Position numbers and translations under genes: made by a program
Source of the DNA: Candidatus Methylomirabilis oxygeniifera
Lineage (GTDB): Bacteria; Methylomirabilota; Methylomirabilia; Methylomirabilales; Methylomirabilaceae
Length of the DNA stretch: 32,000 nucleotides
NCBI GenBank assembly: GCA_000091165.1
Contig: FP565575.1
Location: 1,440,001-1,472,000, forward strand
Direction: 5' to 3'
Notes under the pieces: generated by a model
Told to the model about the DNA's origin: nothing
What the model saw: only the letters and a program-made list of their open reading frames with translations
Databases searched by the model: none
Shown here: positions 31,491 to 32,000 of the stretch, piece by piece
Layout: every line of letters begins with the position of its first letter
Numbering within the stretch: the first letter of the stretch is position 1

Positions 31491-32000
31491 TCACGGCATC
31501 TCCCCGGCCTGCACAATGATCTGCGCAACCGCCGCCAGCCTGAGGTTGCGCGCCTGGCTCTCCCGCTGCAGTTTTCGCATCGCCTCGGCCTCAGATAGTC
31601 GCAGCCGCTCCATAAGGATCCCTTTCGCCTTCTCGACCAGCTTTCGCTCCTCGAGCGCCGTCTCCAGCTCCCGCGTCCGCTGTTCCAAATACCGGACCTT
31701 CGCCTGGAGCTGGCGCACCGTCGCCTCGGAGAAGCGCTCCGGTTGGCCGCCGGGCTCGGGGGCGGGGCCGCCCTGCGCCGGCCGGTCGACGGCGACGGCC
31801 CCCGTCTCGGCCTCCGCGGTGGGCTGCAGGTACAGCCGGACGTCGCAGCCCTCGCGCGCCGCCGTGTCCCGCGGCGCGACTACCACCTTGCCGTAGCCGA
31901 AGCGCTCCGCGGCTATCCGCCGGAGGCTCTCCCACCACAGGTGGCAGAGGGGCGCCGTCTGTCCGCCCTCGTCGCGGCATATCGTACAGGTGAAGCGGAT
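31491..32000 (-). CDS. Receiver-less ANTAR-domain protein, paralog 3 (N-terminus beyond the window edge)
   Basis: Its translation is identical to paralog 2 except for the last residue (GEMP versus GEML). The 31491..31886 track ORF is the in-window part, and the frame stays open to position 32000. Confidence 0.8.
   Translation of the reverse strand: MRFTCTICRDEGGQTAPLCHLWWESLRRIAAERFGYGKVVVAPRDTAAREGCDVRLYLQPTAEAETGAVAVDRPAQGGPAPEPGGQPERFSEATVRQLQAKVRYLEQRTRELETALEERKLVEKAKGILMERLRLSEAEAMRKLQRESQARNLRLAAVAQIIVQAGEMP
31491..32000. repeat. Near-identical duplication, copy B
   Basis: See 28453-28962. Direct orientation, 3038 nt apart. Confidence 0.9.

Noticed and set aside
1-32000. Scan for CRISPR arrays, tRNA or rRNA genes, intact IS elements or transposases, and prophage structural genes
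   Set aside because: No regularly spaced direct repeats, no tRNA T-arm or acceptor signatures, no rRNA-like segments, and no transposase-like ORFs were seen. The only mobile-element trace is the integrase ghost at 730-960.

Overview
GC-rich (about 60% by eye) bacterial chromosomal window of Gram-negative type: it has a beta-barrel porin ending in Phe and a sigma-54-like promoter. All protein calls come from motif recognition by eye on the supplied translations; no database search was possible.

Left third (1-10 kb):
- An edge-truncated Crp/Fnr regulator.
- A decayed integrase remnant next to a HigBA toxin-antitoxin pair.
- A TlpA/ResA-like thiol-disulfide oxidoreductase.
- A porin-Amt pair, followed by an ANTAR regulator whose receiver lacks the phospho-acceptor Asp.
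- A DUF2231-like membrane protein, an NDH-2 and a secreted SNase/lamin-tail nuclease.

Middle (10-18 kb):
- An accessory islet packed with type II TA modules (VapBC, MNT/HEPN, Phd/VapC).
- A split winged-helix / NDT-TIR-like gene whose two frames join at a canonical -1 slippery heptamer.
- A secreted trypsin-like protease and a NirA C-terminal fragment.
- YqgE/AlgH, then an orphan FliK-like + FlhB-C-terminal-like pair.

Right 14 kb (18-32 kb), the most unusual part, is a paralogous signalling cluster:
- Three receiver-less ANTAR proteins with a Cys-containing V4R-like N-terminal domain. Two of them are about 99.6% identical over at least 510 nt.
- Two roughly 1000-aa hybrid histidine kinases and an MCP.
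- Three stand-alone GAF proteins that carry progressively eroded DHp (HisKA) helices and no ATPase domain.
- Two homologous structured RNA elements that end in intrinsic terminators with an identical 12-bp stem.

I propose this cluster as a candidate undescribed RNA-level (antitermination) signalling system. Several REP-like palindromic repeat families are also present, one of them embedded in-frame inside a kinase gene. No tRNA, rRNA, CRISPR array or intact IS element was seen.
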